This document shows positions 18,531-27,993 of a DNA stretch of 64,000 nt, piece by piece. Origin of the DNA: an uncultured Nanoarchaeota archaeon (GTDB taxonomy: Archaea; Nanobdellota; Nanobdellia; Pacearchaeales; GW2011-AR1); the NCBI GenBank assembly GCA_963779925.1, contig CAVZZS010000011.1:34974-98973 (forward strand). The letters run 5' to 3'. Below the pieces are notes generated by a model. It worked only from the letters and a program-made list of their open reading frames with translations, made no database searches and was not told where the DNA came from. Position 1 is the first letter of the stretch. Every line of letters starts with the position of its first letter. The position numbers and the translations under genes were made by a program.

Positions 18531-19208
18531 CTAATTATGGTCTATTTTCGCTGGCTTTTCAGATTTCTTCTCAATTTCCTTAATTTCAAGCTCCAAACCA
18601 AGCATTTCCTTGAATTTATCCTTGAACAATTTGACAAATTCAACAAGAGGCTTTTCAATTTCAATTATAATCTTATTCTCTTTTATCTCAAATTTCAAAT
18701 CTTCCCTGAATAAGAATTTTATCAGCGCTTTTGCTTTCTCGTGAATATCATTAATTTTTCTCAGGACTTTGATTTTGTATATAACCTCTTTTCCTGCGAT
18801 AGGATTATTGAAGTCTACTATTACTCTTCCTCCAGAAGATGCGAGGACCCTTCCGATTCTTCCATCAAAATTGAATACAAACCCCGGAATAGGATTTATT
18901 TTTTGCTCTCTGAATATTTTTAAGGGTATTCTCTGGATAAGCTGAGCATCTCTCTTTCCAAATGCCTGCTCCGGAGAAAGTCCTATTTCATAATTTGCAG
19001 AAGTCTCTGGCTTTCCAATCAAAAAATCTTCTATGGCCTTCAAGAACATTCCTTCGCCAAGGCAAAGCGCAAATGGTTCAGTTTCCACTGGATGGCTATG
19101 CCCCGCATGAAGTTTTTCCAGATCTTCTTTTATATTTGAATCGAATACTTCTCCATCCTTTACTCGTCCAGTAAATTCTATTTCAACAAAATCTTTTTTC
19201 TGCAACAT
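18531..19208 (-). CDS. FKBP-type peptidyl-prolyl isomerase (long archaeal type)
   Basis: FVEIEFTGR...FDS, PEQAFG, VDFNNPIAGK. Confidence 0.9.
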   Translation of the reverse strand: MLQKKDFVEIEFTGRVKDGEVFDSNIKEDLEKLHAGHSHPVETEPFALCLGEGMFLKAIEDFLIGKPETSANYEIGLSPEQAFGKRDAQLIQRIPLKIFREQKINPIPGFVFNFDGRIGRVLASSGGRVIVDFNNPIAGKEVIYKIKVLRKINDIHEKAKALIKFLFREDLKFEIKENKIIIEIEKPLVEFVKLFKDKFKEMLGLELEIKEIEKKSEKPAKIDHN

Positions 19209-19230
19209 TTTATTCTATTTATCGAAAACG

Positions 19231-19238
19231 TTTATAAA
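19231..19238. promoter_or_regulatory. Palindromic, probably bidirectional TATA box
   Basis: TTTATAAA centred between the divergent starts at 19208 and 19260. Confidence 0.55.
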
Positions 19239-19259
19239 TGTATTTTTTCTGGATAGTTC

Positions 19260-19646
19260 ATGGTTGCAAAAATAATAAACGCGACGGATGCGAAAGTCGG
19301 CACGAATATTATTCTTGATGGTGAACCCTTCACTGTTAAAAGCATGGACGTAAGCAAAACAGGAAAACACGGGGCCCATAAATGCCGAATTGAAGCTGTT
19401 GGAATGATTACTGAAAAGAAAAAAGTTCTTGTTGTCCCAGGAACAGAGAGATTTGAAGTTCCAATGGTTGAAAAGAGAAAGGGACAGGTTCTTTCAATTG
19501 GCGACAGAGTAAGCATCATGGATTTGGAAAATTTCGAGACATTAGAATTAGATTGCCCAGAAGAAATAAAATCACAGATTGAAATTAACTCAAATGTTGA
19601 ATACTGGGATATTGAAGGAGTAAAAATAATCAAGAGAAAAGTTTAA
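19260..19646 (+). CDS. eif5a: Translation factor aIF-5A
   Basis: Hypusine-loop motif SKTGKHG. Confidence 0.95.
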   Translation: MVAKIINATDAKVGTNIILDGEPFTVKSMDVSKTGKHGAHKCRIEAVGMITEKKKVLVVPGTERFEVPMVEKRKGQVLSIGDRVSIMDLENFETLELDCPEEIKSQIEINSNVEYWDIEGVKIIKRKV

Positions 19647-19807
19647 TGGCAAAAATAGCAGAAGCGATGAACAGGGAATTCAAGAATGTTTTTGTATGCA
19701 AAAACTGCAAGAGCAAGATAAGATCGGACCCTCAAAAAATTTTGAAGGGCGAAGTGAAATGCAGGAAATGTAAAAAAAGAGCATTCAGACCTCTTAAGAG
19801 GAAATAA
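19646..19807 (+). CDS. rpl40e: 50S ribosomal protein L40e (not in the ORF track)
   Basis: MAKIAEAMNREFKNVFVCKNCKSK...KCRKCKKRAFRPLKRK, 53 aa, with CxxC...CRKC. Confidence 0.85.
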   Translation: MAKIAEAMNREFKNVFVCKNCKSKIRSDPQKILKGEVKCRKCKKRAFRPLKRK

Positions 19808-19812
19808 AACTA

Positions 19813-21243
19813 ATGAGTTTTTTAGTCTATGACTTGATATTTTTAGGAATTTTTATTTTATTATTAGGAACATTTCTCTACAGAAAAAGAAAAGGAGTGA
19901 AAAGAGAAGGATTATTGCTTTTATACCGCACAAAATGGGGCATTAATCTCATTCACAAAACTGGAGAGAAATATCAGAAAACCTTGAAGGTTCTAAGCTA
20001 TATTTCTGTAACTCTTGGATATATTTTAATGGCGGGAGCCTTATATGTGGTTGGAAAGATAGTCTATATATACGTCTTTCAAGGCGCAATTGTAAGAGCG
20101 ATTAAAATTCCCCCTATAACACCATTAATCCCTTACCTTCCCCAAATCTTCAAATTAAGTTTCTTGCCTCCTTTTTACTTTACCTACTGGATAATTATTA
20201 TTGCAGTAGTTGCAATTATCCATGAATTTGCCCACGGGATATTTGCCGCAAGGAATAAAGTTAAAATAAAAAATACGGGATTCGGATTCTTTCCCTTTTT
20301 CTTTCCAGTATTCTTAGCGGCTTTTGTTGAACTTGATGAAAAAAAGATGGAGAAGAAAAAGAAATTTGATCAGCTCGCAGTTCTCTCCGCAGGAACATTT
20401 GCAAATGTTTTGACTGCAATTTTCTTTTTTGGAGTTATGGTACTTTTCTTTTCACTGGCATTTGCCCCTTCCGGGGTTGTATTCGACACCTATCCTTATA
20501 CACTTGTAAATGTTTCTTCAATCAATATGGTTAATGGAATTCCATTAAATAATGCAACCTACAATATAGTTTTGAATTTAATGAATAATACCGGATTAAA
20601 TCCGATTGAAGCAAATTCAATAAGCTATCTTGCAACAAAAGATTCTGTAGCGCAGCAAAATGCAACCCCGACAGAACTGGTAATGTATTATGATGCTCCC
20701 GCAATAAATGCTAATCTGGAAAGCACGATTTTAAATATAAATGGGAAGAAAATGACAAGTGTAGCAGAACTTTCAAATGAACTCCGTAAATATACCCCTG
20801 GAGAAACTATAATACTGACCGTTCTTGGCAATAACAATGTGCCATATAATAGGAGTATCATCCTCGGACAAAATCCAAGCAATAATAGTCTACCTTGGCT
20901 AGGCATTGGATTTTCTCAAATACAGAATCAGGGAATTATAGGAGAATTTTATACCACCTTATCCTCATTCGACCGAAATCATGTTTATTATGCATCCAGA
21001 ATCGGAGATTTAGGAATATTCATTTATGATTTATTCTGGTGGTTGGTTATAACCAGCATTAGCATTGCTATAATTAATATGCTTCCAATGGGAATTTTCG
21101 ATGGAGGCAGATTCTTCTATTTGACAGTTTGGAGCATAACCAAGAATGAAAAAATCGCTAAGAAAGCTTTCAAATTCACAACTTACTTTTTCTTATTTTT
21201 GTTACTTTTAGTTATGCTCTTCTGGATCATTTATGTTAGGTAG
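19813..21243 (+). CDS. Site-2 protease (M50) with PDZ-like insert
   Basis: HEFAH zinc motif, AFVELD, AGTFAN, NMLPMGIFDGG. Confidence 0.93.
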   Translation: MSFLVYDLIFLGIFILLLGTFLYRKRKGVKREGLLLLYRTKWGINLIHKTGEKYQKTLKVLSYISVTLGYILMAGALYVVGKIVYIYVFQGAIVRAIKIPPITPLIPYLPQIFKLSFLPPFYFTYWIIIIAVVAIIHEFAHGIFAARNKVKIKNTGFGFFPFFFPVFLAAFVELDEKKMEKKKKFDQLAVLSAGTFANVLTAIFFFGVMVLFFSLAFAPSGVVFDTYPYTLVNVSSINMVNGIPLNNATYNIVLNLMNNTGLNPIEANSISYLATKDSVAQQNATPTELVMYYDAPAINANLESTILNINGKKMTSVAELSNELRKYTPGETIILTVLGNNNVPYNRSIILGQNPSNNSLPWLGIGFSQIQNQGIIGEFYTTLSSFDRNHVYYASRIGDLGIFIYDLFWWLVITSISIAIINMLPMGIFDGGRFFYLTVWSITKNEKIAKKAFKFTTYFFLFLLLLVMLFWIIYVR

Positions 21244-21245
21244 AA

Positions 21246-21596
21246 TTACAAATCAATCACGCCTTCTTTTGTAAGAGCCGCAAATCTTATTCCTGCTGGC
21301 AAATTGATTAATGCAGAGATAAGCGCCATGTGTTCTTTTCCTTCACCGGATGCTATACTCAATGCGACTTCTGTTCCGGATATTTTGCCCTTCAATTTTT
21401 GCATGAACTCATTCCTCAGATCAGATATCTTTTTGTCTAAATCCACTTTTATGAATTCAAATTCTTTTTCTGCTGTAAACTGTTTTGCAAAATCATTTCC
21501 CAAGAGTATAATCTTATCCCATTCACCATATTTAATCAAGCCGGATACCTGCCCCCAACTGCCTTTCCCCGAAGATAATAACGCAATTAATTCCAT
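21246..21596 (-). CDS. Hypothetical alpha/beta protein, possibly a stand-alone CARF-like Rossmann fold
   Basis: 116-aa ORF with its own TATA; LIALLSSGKG...VALSIASGEGKEHMAL. The fold call is tentative. Confidence 0.6.
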   Translation of the reverse strand: MELIALLSSGKGSWGQVSGLIKYGEWDKIILLGNDFAKQFTAEKEFEFIKVDLDKKISDLRNEFMQKLKGKISGTEVALSIASGEGKEHMALISALINLPAGIRFAALTKEGVIDL

Positions 21597-21682
21597 TCGT
21601 CAAAAAAAGAGAAATGCTTTATAAGAATTATTGTAATCATAAATGTAAAAGTTAAGATTTATAAACCTAAATTCGCTGAGAA

Positions 21683-21750
21683 TTTTACCTGAGACTACAT
21701 CATTAAGAGTCTATATTCTGGACCCTAAGTGCATTATGTAGGAGGTCAAA
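21683..21750 (+). promoter_or_regulatory. Structured leader of the L1-L10-L12 operon that pairs with the SD
   Basis: TATA at 21658-21666; ACCT/AGGT and CTACAT/ATGTAG helices; SD GGAGGT at 21741-21746. Confidence 0.55.
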
Positions 21751-21754
21751 CAAA

Positions 21755-22387
21755 ATGGCTGAATTAGAAAAAGAGCTTCAAAAAGCCCTTACAGAATTGA
21801 GAAAAGAAGAATCAAGAAAATTCAATCAGACAGTAGACTTAATTATAAACCTGCAAAAATTTGATCTAAAAAAAGAATCTATTAACATTTTCATCCAAGT
21901 GCCCCATAAGATAAAAGACAAAAAGATTTGCGCTTTTCTAACTACAAAACATAAGGACCTTGATACATTAACAGAAATAGATTTCAAGAAATATTCAGAC
22001 AAAAAAGAATTAAAGAGATTGGAAAAGAGTTATGACTTCTTTATATCACAGGCAATTTTAATGCCAAAAGTTGCAACGGTTTTCGGAAGGGTCTTAGGGC
22101 CTTCTGGAAAAATGCCTTCTCCGCAGCTTGGAATTGTCCAGAGCGCAGAGGATAAATCTATACCCGAATTAAAGGATAGGATAAATCACAGTATGAAGAT
22201 AAGGTCTAAAGAAGCAAGCATAAAACTCGGAATCGGAAAGCAGGACATGAAAGATGAACAGCTTGTTGAAAATATTATGGCTATCTATAATTCTCTATTG
22301 AAAGTCTTGCCTAGAGGAAGCGAGAATATCAGAAACATCGAATTAAAATTCACCATGACTAAACCTCAAAAAATACAATTAAAATGA
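21755..22387 (+). CDS. rpl1: 50S ribosomal protein L1 (uL1)
   Basis: RKFNQTVDLIINL, GRVLGPSGKMP, KFTM. Confidence 0.95.
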   Translation: MAELEKELQKALTELRKEESRKFNQTVDLIINLQKFDLKKESINIFIQVPHKIKDKKICAFLTTKHKDLDTLTEIDFKKYSDKKELKRLEKSYDFFISQAILMPKVATVFGRVLGPSGKMPSPQLGIVQSAEDKSIPELKDRINHSMKIRSKEASIKLGIGKQDMKDEQLVENIMAIYNSLLKVLPRGSENIRNIELKFTMTKPQKIQLK

Positions 22388-23202
22388 AACATAAAACCCA
22401 CGTATCAAAAAGAAAAATTCTTGCAGTAAAAGAACTTTCAGAATTGCTTAAAGAAAATAAGACAGTACTAGTTGCATCAATAAAAAATATTCCAGCATCA
22501 CAATTCCAGGAAATTTCGAAGAAACTCAGAGGCAAGGCAATAATAAAAGTCCCAAAGAGAAGTTTAATCGAGCGGGTCTTTGATTCTTCAAATGATGAAG
22601 ATATTAAGAAATTAAAAGGAAAAGTCGATGATAGTGTCGCAATTATATTCTCAAATCTAGAACCATTCGATTTGGCCTTGGAATTGATCCAGAATAAAAG
22701 CGCAATTAGAGCAAAGGCGGGCCAAATTTCCCCAGATAATATAGAAGTGCCTGCCGGACCAACAGATTTGGTTCCAGGACCAGCAATAAGCGAACTTGGA
22801 GCTCTCGGAATTCCAATAATGATCGATAAAGGTAAAATCAGCATCAAAGAAGCTAAAGTAATTGCAAAGCTCGGGGAGAAAATCTCAAAGAGCGCTGTTG
22901 AAATCATGAACAAACTGGATATAAAACCATTCAAAATAGGATTTGTTCCTCTTGCAGCATTTGACATAAAAGCTAAAGAGCTATATTTAGAAATCAAATT
23001 AGACAAGGAAGGCACCCTGAAAGACTTAAAGGAGGGTTTCGGAAAGGCATTGGCTTTTGCCGTTGCAATAGGATATGCCTCTAAAGACACCATTTCATTC
23101 CTAATAAGAAAGGCTGTGGCCAATGAATCGGCGATGGGAAACCTAATTAAAGAAGAAAGCTCAGCTAATACTCACGAAATTAAATCCGGAGAAACAGAAT
23201 AA
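22384..23202 (+). CDS. rpl10: 50S ribosomal protein L10 (uL10/P0)
   Basis: AKAGQISP...VPAGPTDLVPGP. Confidence 0.95.
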   Translation: MKHKTHVSKRKILAVKELSELLKENKTVLVASIKNIPASQFQEISKKLRGKAIIKVPKRSLIERVFDSSNDEDIKKLKGKVDDSVAIIFSNLEPFDLALELIQNKSAIRAKAGQISPDNIEVPAGPTDLVPGPAISELGALGIPIMIDKGKISIKEAKVIAKLGEKISKSAVEIMNKLDIKPFKIGFVPLAAFDIKAKELYLEIKLDKEGTLKDLKEGFGKALAFAVAIGYASKDTISFLIRKAVANESAMGNLIKEESSANTHEIKSGETE

Positions 23203-23495
23203 TGGAGTATGTATATGCAGCTCTTTTATTGCACAAGCTTGGAAAGCCAATCAACGATGAGCACATGAAGAAGGTTATTTCAGCAACAGGTATTGAAGCT
23301 GATGAATCAAAAATCAAGTCTATCGTGGCCAGTTTAAAGGGTGTCGACATCGACAATGAACTGAAAAATGCAAGCCTAATTGCAAGTGTTCCAGCAGCAG
23401 GCGGAGAACATGCAGCTGCAAAGGAAAAGAAAGAAGAGCCTAAGGAAGAGAAAAAGGAAAGCGCGGCAGAAGGTCTGTCTGCATTATTTGGTTAA
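23202..23495 (+). CDS. rpl12: 50S ribosomal protein L12 (aP1)
   Basis: MEYVYAALLLH...GLSALFG. Confidence 0.97.
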   Translation: MEYVYAALLLHKLGKPINDEHMKKVISATGIEADESKIKSIVASLKGVDIDNELKNASLIASVPAAGGEHAAAKEKKEEPKEEKKESAAEGLSALFG

Positions 23496-23519
23496 ATTTA
23501 TTTAAGACAGGCCTCTAAC

Positions 23520-23550
23520 TTAGTTGTACAATCATTGCAACTAAATTTTT
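23520..23550 (+). terminator. Hairpin plus T-run after rpl12
   Basis: TTAGTTG(23520-23526)...CAACTAA(23538-23544) followed by ATTTTT. Confidence 0.45.
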
Positions 23551-23574
23551 ATAGGAAATAATTCTTATAATTTA

Positions 23575-23721
23575 ATGAGAAAATCCACGGTTTTAGCACT
23601 TCTTTCTCTAGGAGCATTTACAGCAATTTTATTTACCCCCTCAGGCACAAATTATTGGATTTATTCATTAATACTTGGTATCATTTTTGGTCTTTTTTGG
23701 TTTTTAAGAAAAAAATCTTAA
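23575..23721 (+). CDS. Small 48-aa two-TM membrane protein (not in the ORF track)
   Basis: MRKSTVLALLSLGAFTAILFTPSGTNYWIYSLILGIIFGLFWFLRKKS; TATA-like TTTTATAG at 23547-23554. Confidence 0.6.
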   Translation: MRKSTVLALLSLGAFTAILFTPSGTNYWIYSLILGIIFGLFWFLRKKS

Positions 23722-23723
23722 AT

Positions 23724-23796
23724 GCCTCAGTAGCTCAGTTGGTAGAGCGATTGATTCGTAATCAATAGGCCGGGGGTTCAATCCCCTCCTGAGGCT
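23724..23796 (+). tRNA. tRNA-Thr(CGT)
   Basis: Acceptor GCCTCAG/CTGAGGC, anticodon arm ATTGA-TTCGTAA-TCAAT, T arm GGTTCAATCC. Confidence 0.95.
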
Positions 23797-23818
23797 TAAT
23801 ATTTGGAGAAAAAAGATA

Positions 23819-25741
23819 ATGTGGAGCTTGTATAACAATTCAGAATTTCTAGAACCTTTGAAATTCACAAATGGGAAAACGCAAGAGGATGTAGTAAACG
23901 AAGTCCTTGATTTGATAAAACAAGGGACGAAAATCATCTTCATAAGGGGAATGTGCGGAACCGGAAAAAGCGCGATCGCCCTGAATATTGCAAAAGACAT
24001 TGGAAAGACTTCTGTCATCGTTCCGGGAAAAAACCTTCAGAATCAATATAAAAGAGACTATGAAAATGGAAAATATCTCCTGAAAGACAATAAAGAAAAA
24101 TTAAAGATAAGCGTTATAACTGGAAGGAATAATCATGAATGCTCTTTCATAAAAGACAAAGAATTTTCGATACCCGAAATAAAGAGAGAAATAAATTCTA
24201 AATTAAATGACATTTTTGAATTCAGCAGAGAAGAAATAGAGAACAGAAAAAGAAAAGATAAATCTGCAGACAATCTTGATATTCCCTGTAAGATAGAAAT
24301 TAAAGAGAAGAATTTTAACAAAATAATAGAGTATCTAAAGAAAAATAAAAATATCAATCTGAAAAATATAGAATTGATAAGCGATATAAAAAGGCCCCCT
24401 CTTGCAAGCGTCTGCCCTTATTCGTCTCCCGTCCTTCCCGAGATTTATGATTTGAAAAACTTAGATTGCAGAAATAAAAGAACATATATGGGATTGAATA
24501 ATACGAGGTTTGTAATATATCAAAGAAAACCAGGATGCAGCTTTTATGAACAATTTAATTCTTACATTGATTCAGATGTTATTGTCTTCAATTCTCTAAA
24601 GTATAAACTGGAATCTGCATTAAATAGAAAACCCTTAACGGAAGCAGAAATAGTGGACGAATGTGATGAATTTTTAGACAGCTTTACAAATCAGAGAAAT
24701 ATAAATATTGAAAGATTGCAGAACTCTCTGATAAAATATTCTGGAGTAAGCGAGGGTTCTATGGAAATCATAGAGGATATAAGCAAGATAATAAGTTACA
24801 TTAAAATAAACAGGCAGATAAATGAGTCCCTTGAAAGCGTCATTCCCCTTAAAAAAACAGGAATTTATGATTTGATAAGAATCTTCCTCGATTCTAAAGA
24901 GTTCACCGAAGATATCGATGAAGAAAGCTACCTGTTCGAAATTGAAGAAACTGCAAGAATGTTTGAAGACTTCCTCGACGAATCTTATGTTATTTTTTCA
25001 AGAAAAGAGGGAAATCTTATTGCAAGCATTGTCACCACAAATCTCTCGAAGAAATTTAAAGAAATGCTCGATAAAAATAAAATACTCATTTTATTATCCG
25101 GAACTTTGCATTCAGAGAGAATAATGAGAGAGATATTTGGGTTGGATAATTTCAAAATAATAGATGCAGAAACAGAACAACCTGGGAAGATAGACATTCT
25201 CAAAACCAGTTTAGAGTTTGATTGCAAATATGATAATTTTCAAAGCGGTAAGTTTTCAAGAAGAGAATATCTCAAAGCATTAGACAAATGCGTCGAAATT
25301 GCAAAAAAACCGGTATTGATACATGTGAGCGCATTTATGGATCTTCCCTCAGAAGTTGAAATAGAAGAATTAAATCTTAGAAATTTAACAAGCCGGGAAA
25401 ATCTAAAAGAGATTCAAGAAGAAGATAAAAATGGAATAATGATTGAGAAGTTCAAAGGCGGAGAGATTGATACACTCTTCACGACAAAATGCGCAAGAGG
25501 AGTAGATTTCCCAGGAGAGCAATGCAACAGCATCGTATTTACGAAATATCCTAATCCAAATCCTTCAGAACCTTTCTGGAAAATTCTCAAGCAGACAAAT
25601 CCAAACCAATATTGGGATTTTTACAAAGACAAGGCAAAAAGGGATTTGCTGCAGAAAGTTTACAGAGGCTTAAGATTCAAAGAAGACCATGTTTTTCTGC
25701 TAAGCCCAGATATAAGAGTTTTAAGGGAATTCGAAAAGTAA
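23819..25741 (+). CDS. SF2 helicase, DinG/XPD-like
   Basis: Walker A GMCGTGKS, DECD, SGT, RGVDFPG, QKVYRGLR; spaced Cys residues compatible with an Fe-S insert. Confidence 0.8.
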   Translation: MWSLYNNSEFLEPLKFTNGKTQEDVVNEVLDLIKQGTKIIFIRGMCGTGKSAIALNIAKDIGKTSVIVPGKNLQNQYKRDYENGKYLLKDNKEKLKISVITGRNNHECSFIKDKEFSIPEIKREINSKLNDIFEFSREEIENRKRKDKSADNLDIPCKIEIKEKNFNKIIEYLKKNKNINLKNIELISDIKRPPLASVCPYSSPVLPEIYDLKNLDCRNKRTYMGLNNTRFVIYQRKPGCSFYEQFNSYIDSDVIVFNSLKYKLESALNRKPLTEAEIVDECDEFLDSFTNQRNINIERLQNSLIKYSGVSEGSMEIIEDISKIISYIKINRQINESLESVIPLKKTGIYDLIRIFLDSKEFTEDIDEESYLFEIEETARMFEDFLDESYVIFSRKEGNLIASIVTTNLSKKFKEMLDKNKILILLSGTLHSERIMREIFGLDNFKIIDAETEQPGKIDILKTSLEFDCKYDNFQSGKFSRREYLKALDKCVEIAKKPVLIHVSAFMDLPSEVEIEELNLRNLTSRENLKEIQEEDKNGIMIEKFKGGEIDTLFTTKCARGVDFPGEQCNSIVFTKYPNPNPSEPFWKILKQTNPNQYWDFYKDKAKRDLLQKVYRGLRFKEDHVFLLSPDIRVLREFEK

Positions 25742-25789
25742 ATACAAACAAAATATTTATTAATAATAAATATCATATATTAGGAAGAG

Positions 25790-26389
25790 ATGAAAGACAC
25801 AAAATTAGACCTCCTTACAGATGCTAATAGTATGCTCTTATTAGTAGATTATCAACCCGCAATGTTTAGAGGAGTAGGCTCTGGAGATAGGACAATCATC
25901 AAAGAGGTGGCAGTTGGGGCTGCAAAGGCAGCAAGTATTCTGAAAATTCCCGTATTTTTATCATCTATAAATCCAAAATTAAATGGCGATGTAATTCCTG
26001 AAATTACAAAAATATTTTCTAATCCCAAGATATTTGCGAGAAAGGTTCCCAGCTTTGATGCTTTTGAAGATGAACCGTTACTAAAAGAGATTAAAAAAAC
26101 AGGGAAAAAGAAAATAATTATTTCAGGCTTATGGACTAGCATGTGTTTTGCATTTACAGCACTTCATGCGCTCAAGGAAGGTTATGACGTATATGGATTG
26201 ATTGATGCTGCAGGAGATTCTGTTCCAGAGGCACATAACTATGGAGTAAAGCGAATGCTTCAAGCAGGAGTAATTCCAGTCACATTAGTGCAATTAGTTT
26301 CTGAATGGATGCACGATTGGACAAATCCAAAAGCAGGAGACTTGATTAAAGAAGTCTATTCAAGATATGACGCAATGCTTGGAATGTAA
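25790..26389 (+). CDS. Isochorismatase-family cysteine hydrolase (YcaC-like)
   Basis: LLLVDYQ, GLWTSMC, DAAGD, EWMHDW. Confidence 0.9.
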   Translation: MKDTKLDLLTDANSMLLLVDYQPAMFRGVGSGDRTIIKEVAVGAAKAASILKIPVFLSSINPKLNGDVIPEITKIFSNPKIFARKVPSFDAFEDEPLLKEIKKTGKKKIIISGLWTSMCFAFTALHALKEGYDVYGLIDAAGDSVPEAHNYGVKRMLQAGVIPVTLVQLVSEWMHDWTNPKAGDLIKEVYSRYDAMLGM

Positions 26390-26417
26390 ATTATTTCTAT
26401 AACCCGGTAAAAATAAA

Positions 26418-26497
26418 CGCCCCCGCCAGGAATCGAACCTGGAGGCTCAAAGAGCCCGGTTCTCAAGACCGGTGCAATACCATTATGCGACGGAGGC
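26418..26497 (-). tRNA. tRNA-Ser(TGA)
   Basis: Acceptor GCCTCCG/CGGGGGC, anticodon arm CCGGT-CTTGAGA-ACCGG, variable arm GCTC-TTT-GAGC, G discriminator. Confidence 0.93.
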
Positions 26498-26539
26498 ACA
26501 TTTTTTAGAATAGAAATGCATTAAAAAAGCTTTGGAAAA

Positions 26540-26818
26540 TTATTTTGCTCCGAAAAGTCTCTTCCAAAAAGATTTCTTTATCTTTACCTGCCTATTATTT
26601 TCATCGTATATCTTATAGGTTATTTTTGGCTTTTCTTTTTCAAGCTTTGCTTTTTCTTCATCAGACAATTCTTTTATTGCCTGCTTCATTGCCCTGTCAA
26701 TTACAGTATCCGAATATCCCTGACCAAGCAAAGCCCACCTCAAAGATTCTTCTTTATAACCCTTTGAAAGTGTTCTTTTAAGATGTTCTACAAATTCTTT
26801 TCTATAACCTTCTGCCAT
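26540..26818 (-). CDS. Hypothetical protein
   Basis: 92-aa ORF with upstream TATA; C-terminal amphipathic KKSFWKRLFG. Confidence 0.7.
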   Translation of the reverse strand: MAEGYRKEFVEHLKRTLSKGYKEESLRWALLGQGYSDTVIDRAMKQAIKELSDEEKAKLEKEKPKITYKIYDENNRQVKIKKSFWKRLFGAK

Positions 26819-26879
26819 TAAAAAATGAGATATTAGCAGTTTAAAAATTTAAGTAAAATTTATCCTATATTATATATTA

Positions 26880-27911
26880 TTATTCTTGTTTTGCTAATAA
26901 TCCAGAGAATCTTTTGTTCTTATAAACTTCAAGGAATATCATCAAATAAGCAATTATCAGAGGACCAAGAACCAATCCAATGATTCCGAAAAAGACAAGT
27001 CCACCGATAGTTCCAAGCAATGCGAGCAGCGAATTCATCATAGCTCTCTTCGAAATTACTATTGGTCTTAATACATTATCAACAACAATTGAGGCTATAC
27101 CAAAGATTACTACACCAAGGCTTGCGACATTATTTCCAGTTGCAAGAAGGTAAATAGCCATTGGTATCCAAACTATTGAGGGACCAACAATTGGCAAAAC
27201 TCCGGCGAATATTGCAAGGATCATGAACAGCAATGCACTAGGAGCTCCGAATAAGAAGAATCCTAAACCTGCAACCAATCCTTGAACAAAACCAATTATA
27301 ATTTGACCATAAAGAACAGAGACAGTAACATCTTTAGTCGCCTTCAAAAGTCTCTCCTGAACTTCTTTTGAAAATGGAAGAATTGTTTTAAGATATTCAA
27401 TAAACTCATTCTTATCCCTCATTACAAAGAAGAAGGTAAATAAAACAACGGTCAATTGTAGCAATGTTGTTGGAAGGTTAATCAAGAAATTTGAAATGGA
27501 ATTAACCATTCCTGTAGTCAAGTTTGTTATGAATGAATGAAGTACAGAGTCAATTTGTGCAGATAAAGCTTCAGAGCTTGTTAAGGAAGGGAATAATTTT
27601 TCTAGTATGGTAATAAAATTAATTTGTGAAGCAAATGTAAATACTTTTATCACTTGACCGACTAAAAATGGAATAAGAAATATTAAAGGCACAATTATAA
27701 CAATCATTAAAATAACAGTAACTATTATTGTAGACCAATTTTTTGACTTAAGTCTTCTCTGTATCAGATTGTATAATGGAGCAAAGATGAATACCAAAAC
27801 AAACCCAAAGATGATGGAAATTAATATAGGTTTTAACAAAAGAAATGCAAGAATCGATAATACAATCAAAACAGCAGCAACAGCGATTTCATTAAGATAA
27901 CTTTTTTCCAT
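26880..27911 (-). CDS. AI-2E family (PerM) transporter
   Basis: Multi-TM; LPIVGP, DNVLRP, FGIIGLVLGP. Confidence 0.9.
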   Translation of the reverse strand: MEKSYLNEIAVAAVLIVLSILAFLLLKPILISIIFGFVLVFIFAPLYNLIQRRLKSKNWSTIIVTVILMIVIIVPLIFLIPFLVGQVIKVFTFASQINFITILEKLFPSLTSSEALSAQIDSVLHSFITNLTTGMVNSISNFLINLPTTLLQLTVVLFTFFFVMRDKNEFIEYLKTILPFSKEVQERLLKATKDVTVSVLYGQIIIGFVQGLVAGLGFFLFGAPSALLFMILAIFAGVLPIVGPSIVWIPMAIYLLATGNNVASLGVVIFGIASIVVDNVLRPIVISKRAMMNSLLALLGTIGGLVFFGIIGLVLGPLIIAYLMIFLEVYKNKRFSGLLAKQE

Positions 27912-27993
27912 CTTTTATTATTCTTATAAAGAAGTCGCAAATTTATAAAGGTTTTTAGATAAAATTTAAAAGAAGAGTTTTACAATAAGTCAT

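Noticed and set aside
26418..26497. Possible tRNA-Leu or tRNA-Sec call for the long-variable-arm tRNA
   Set aside because: The anticodon reads TGA (Ser) with a 7-bp acceptor stem and G discriminator; Sec would need TCA and a longer acceptor.
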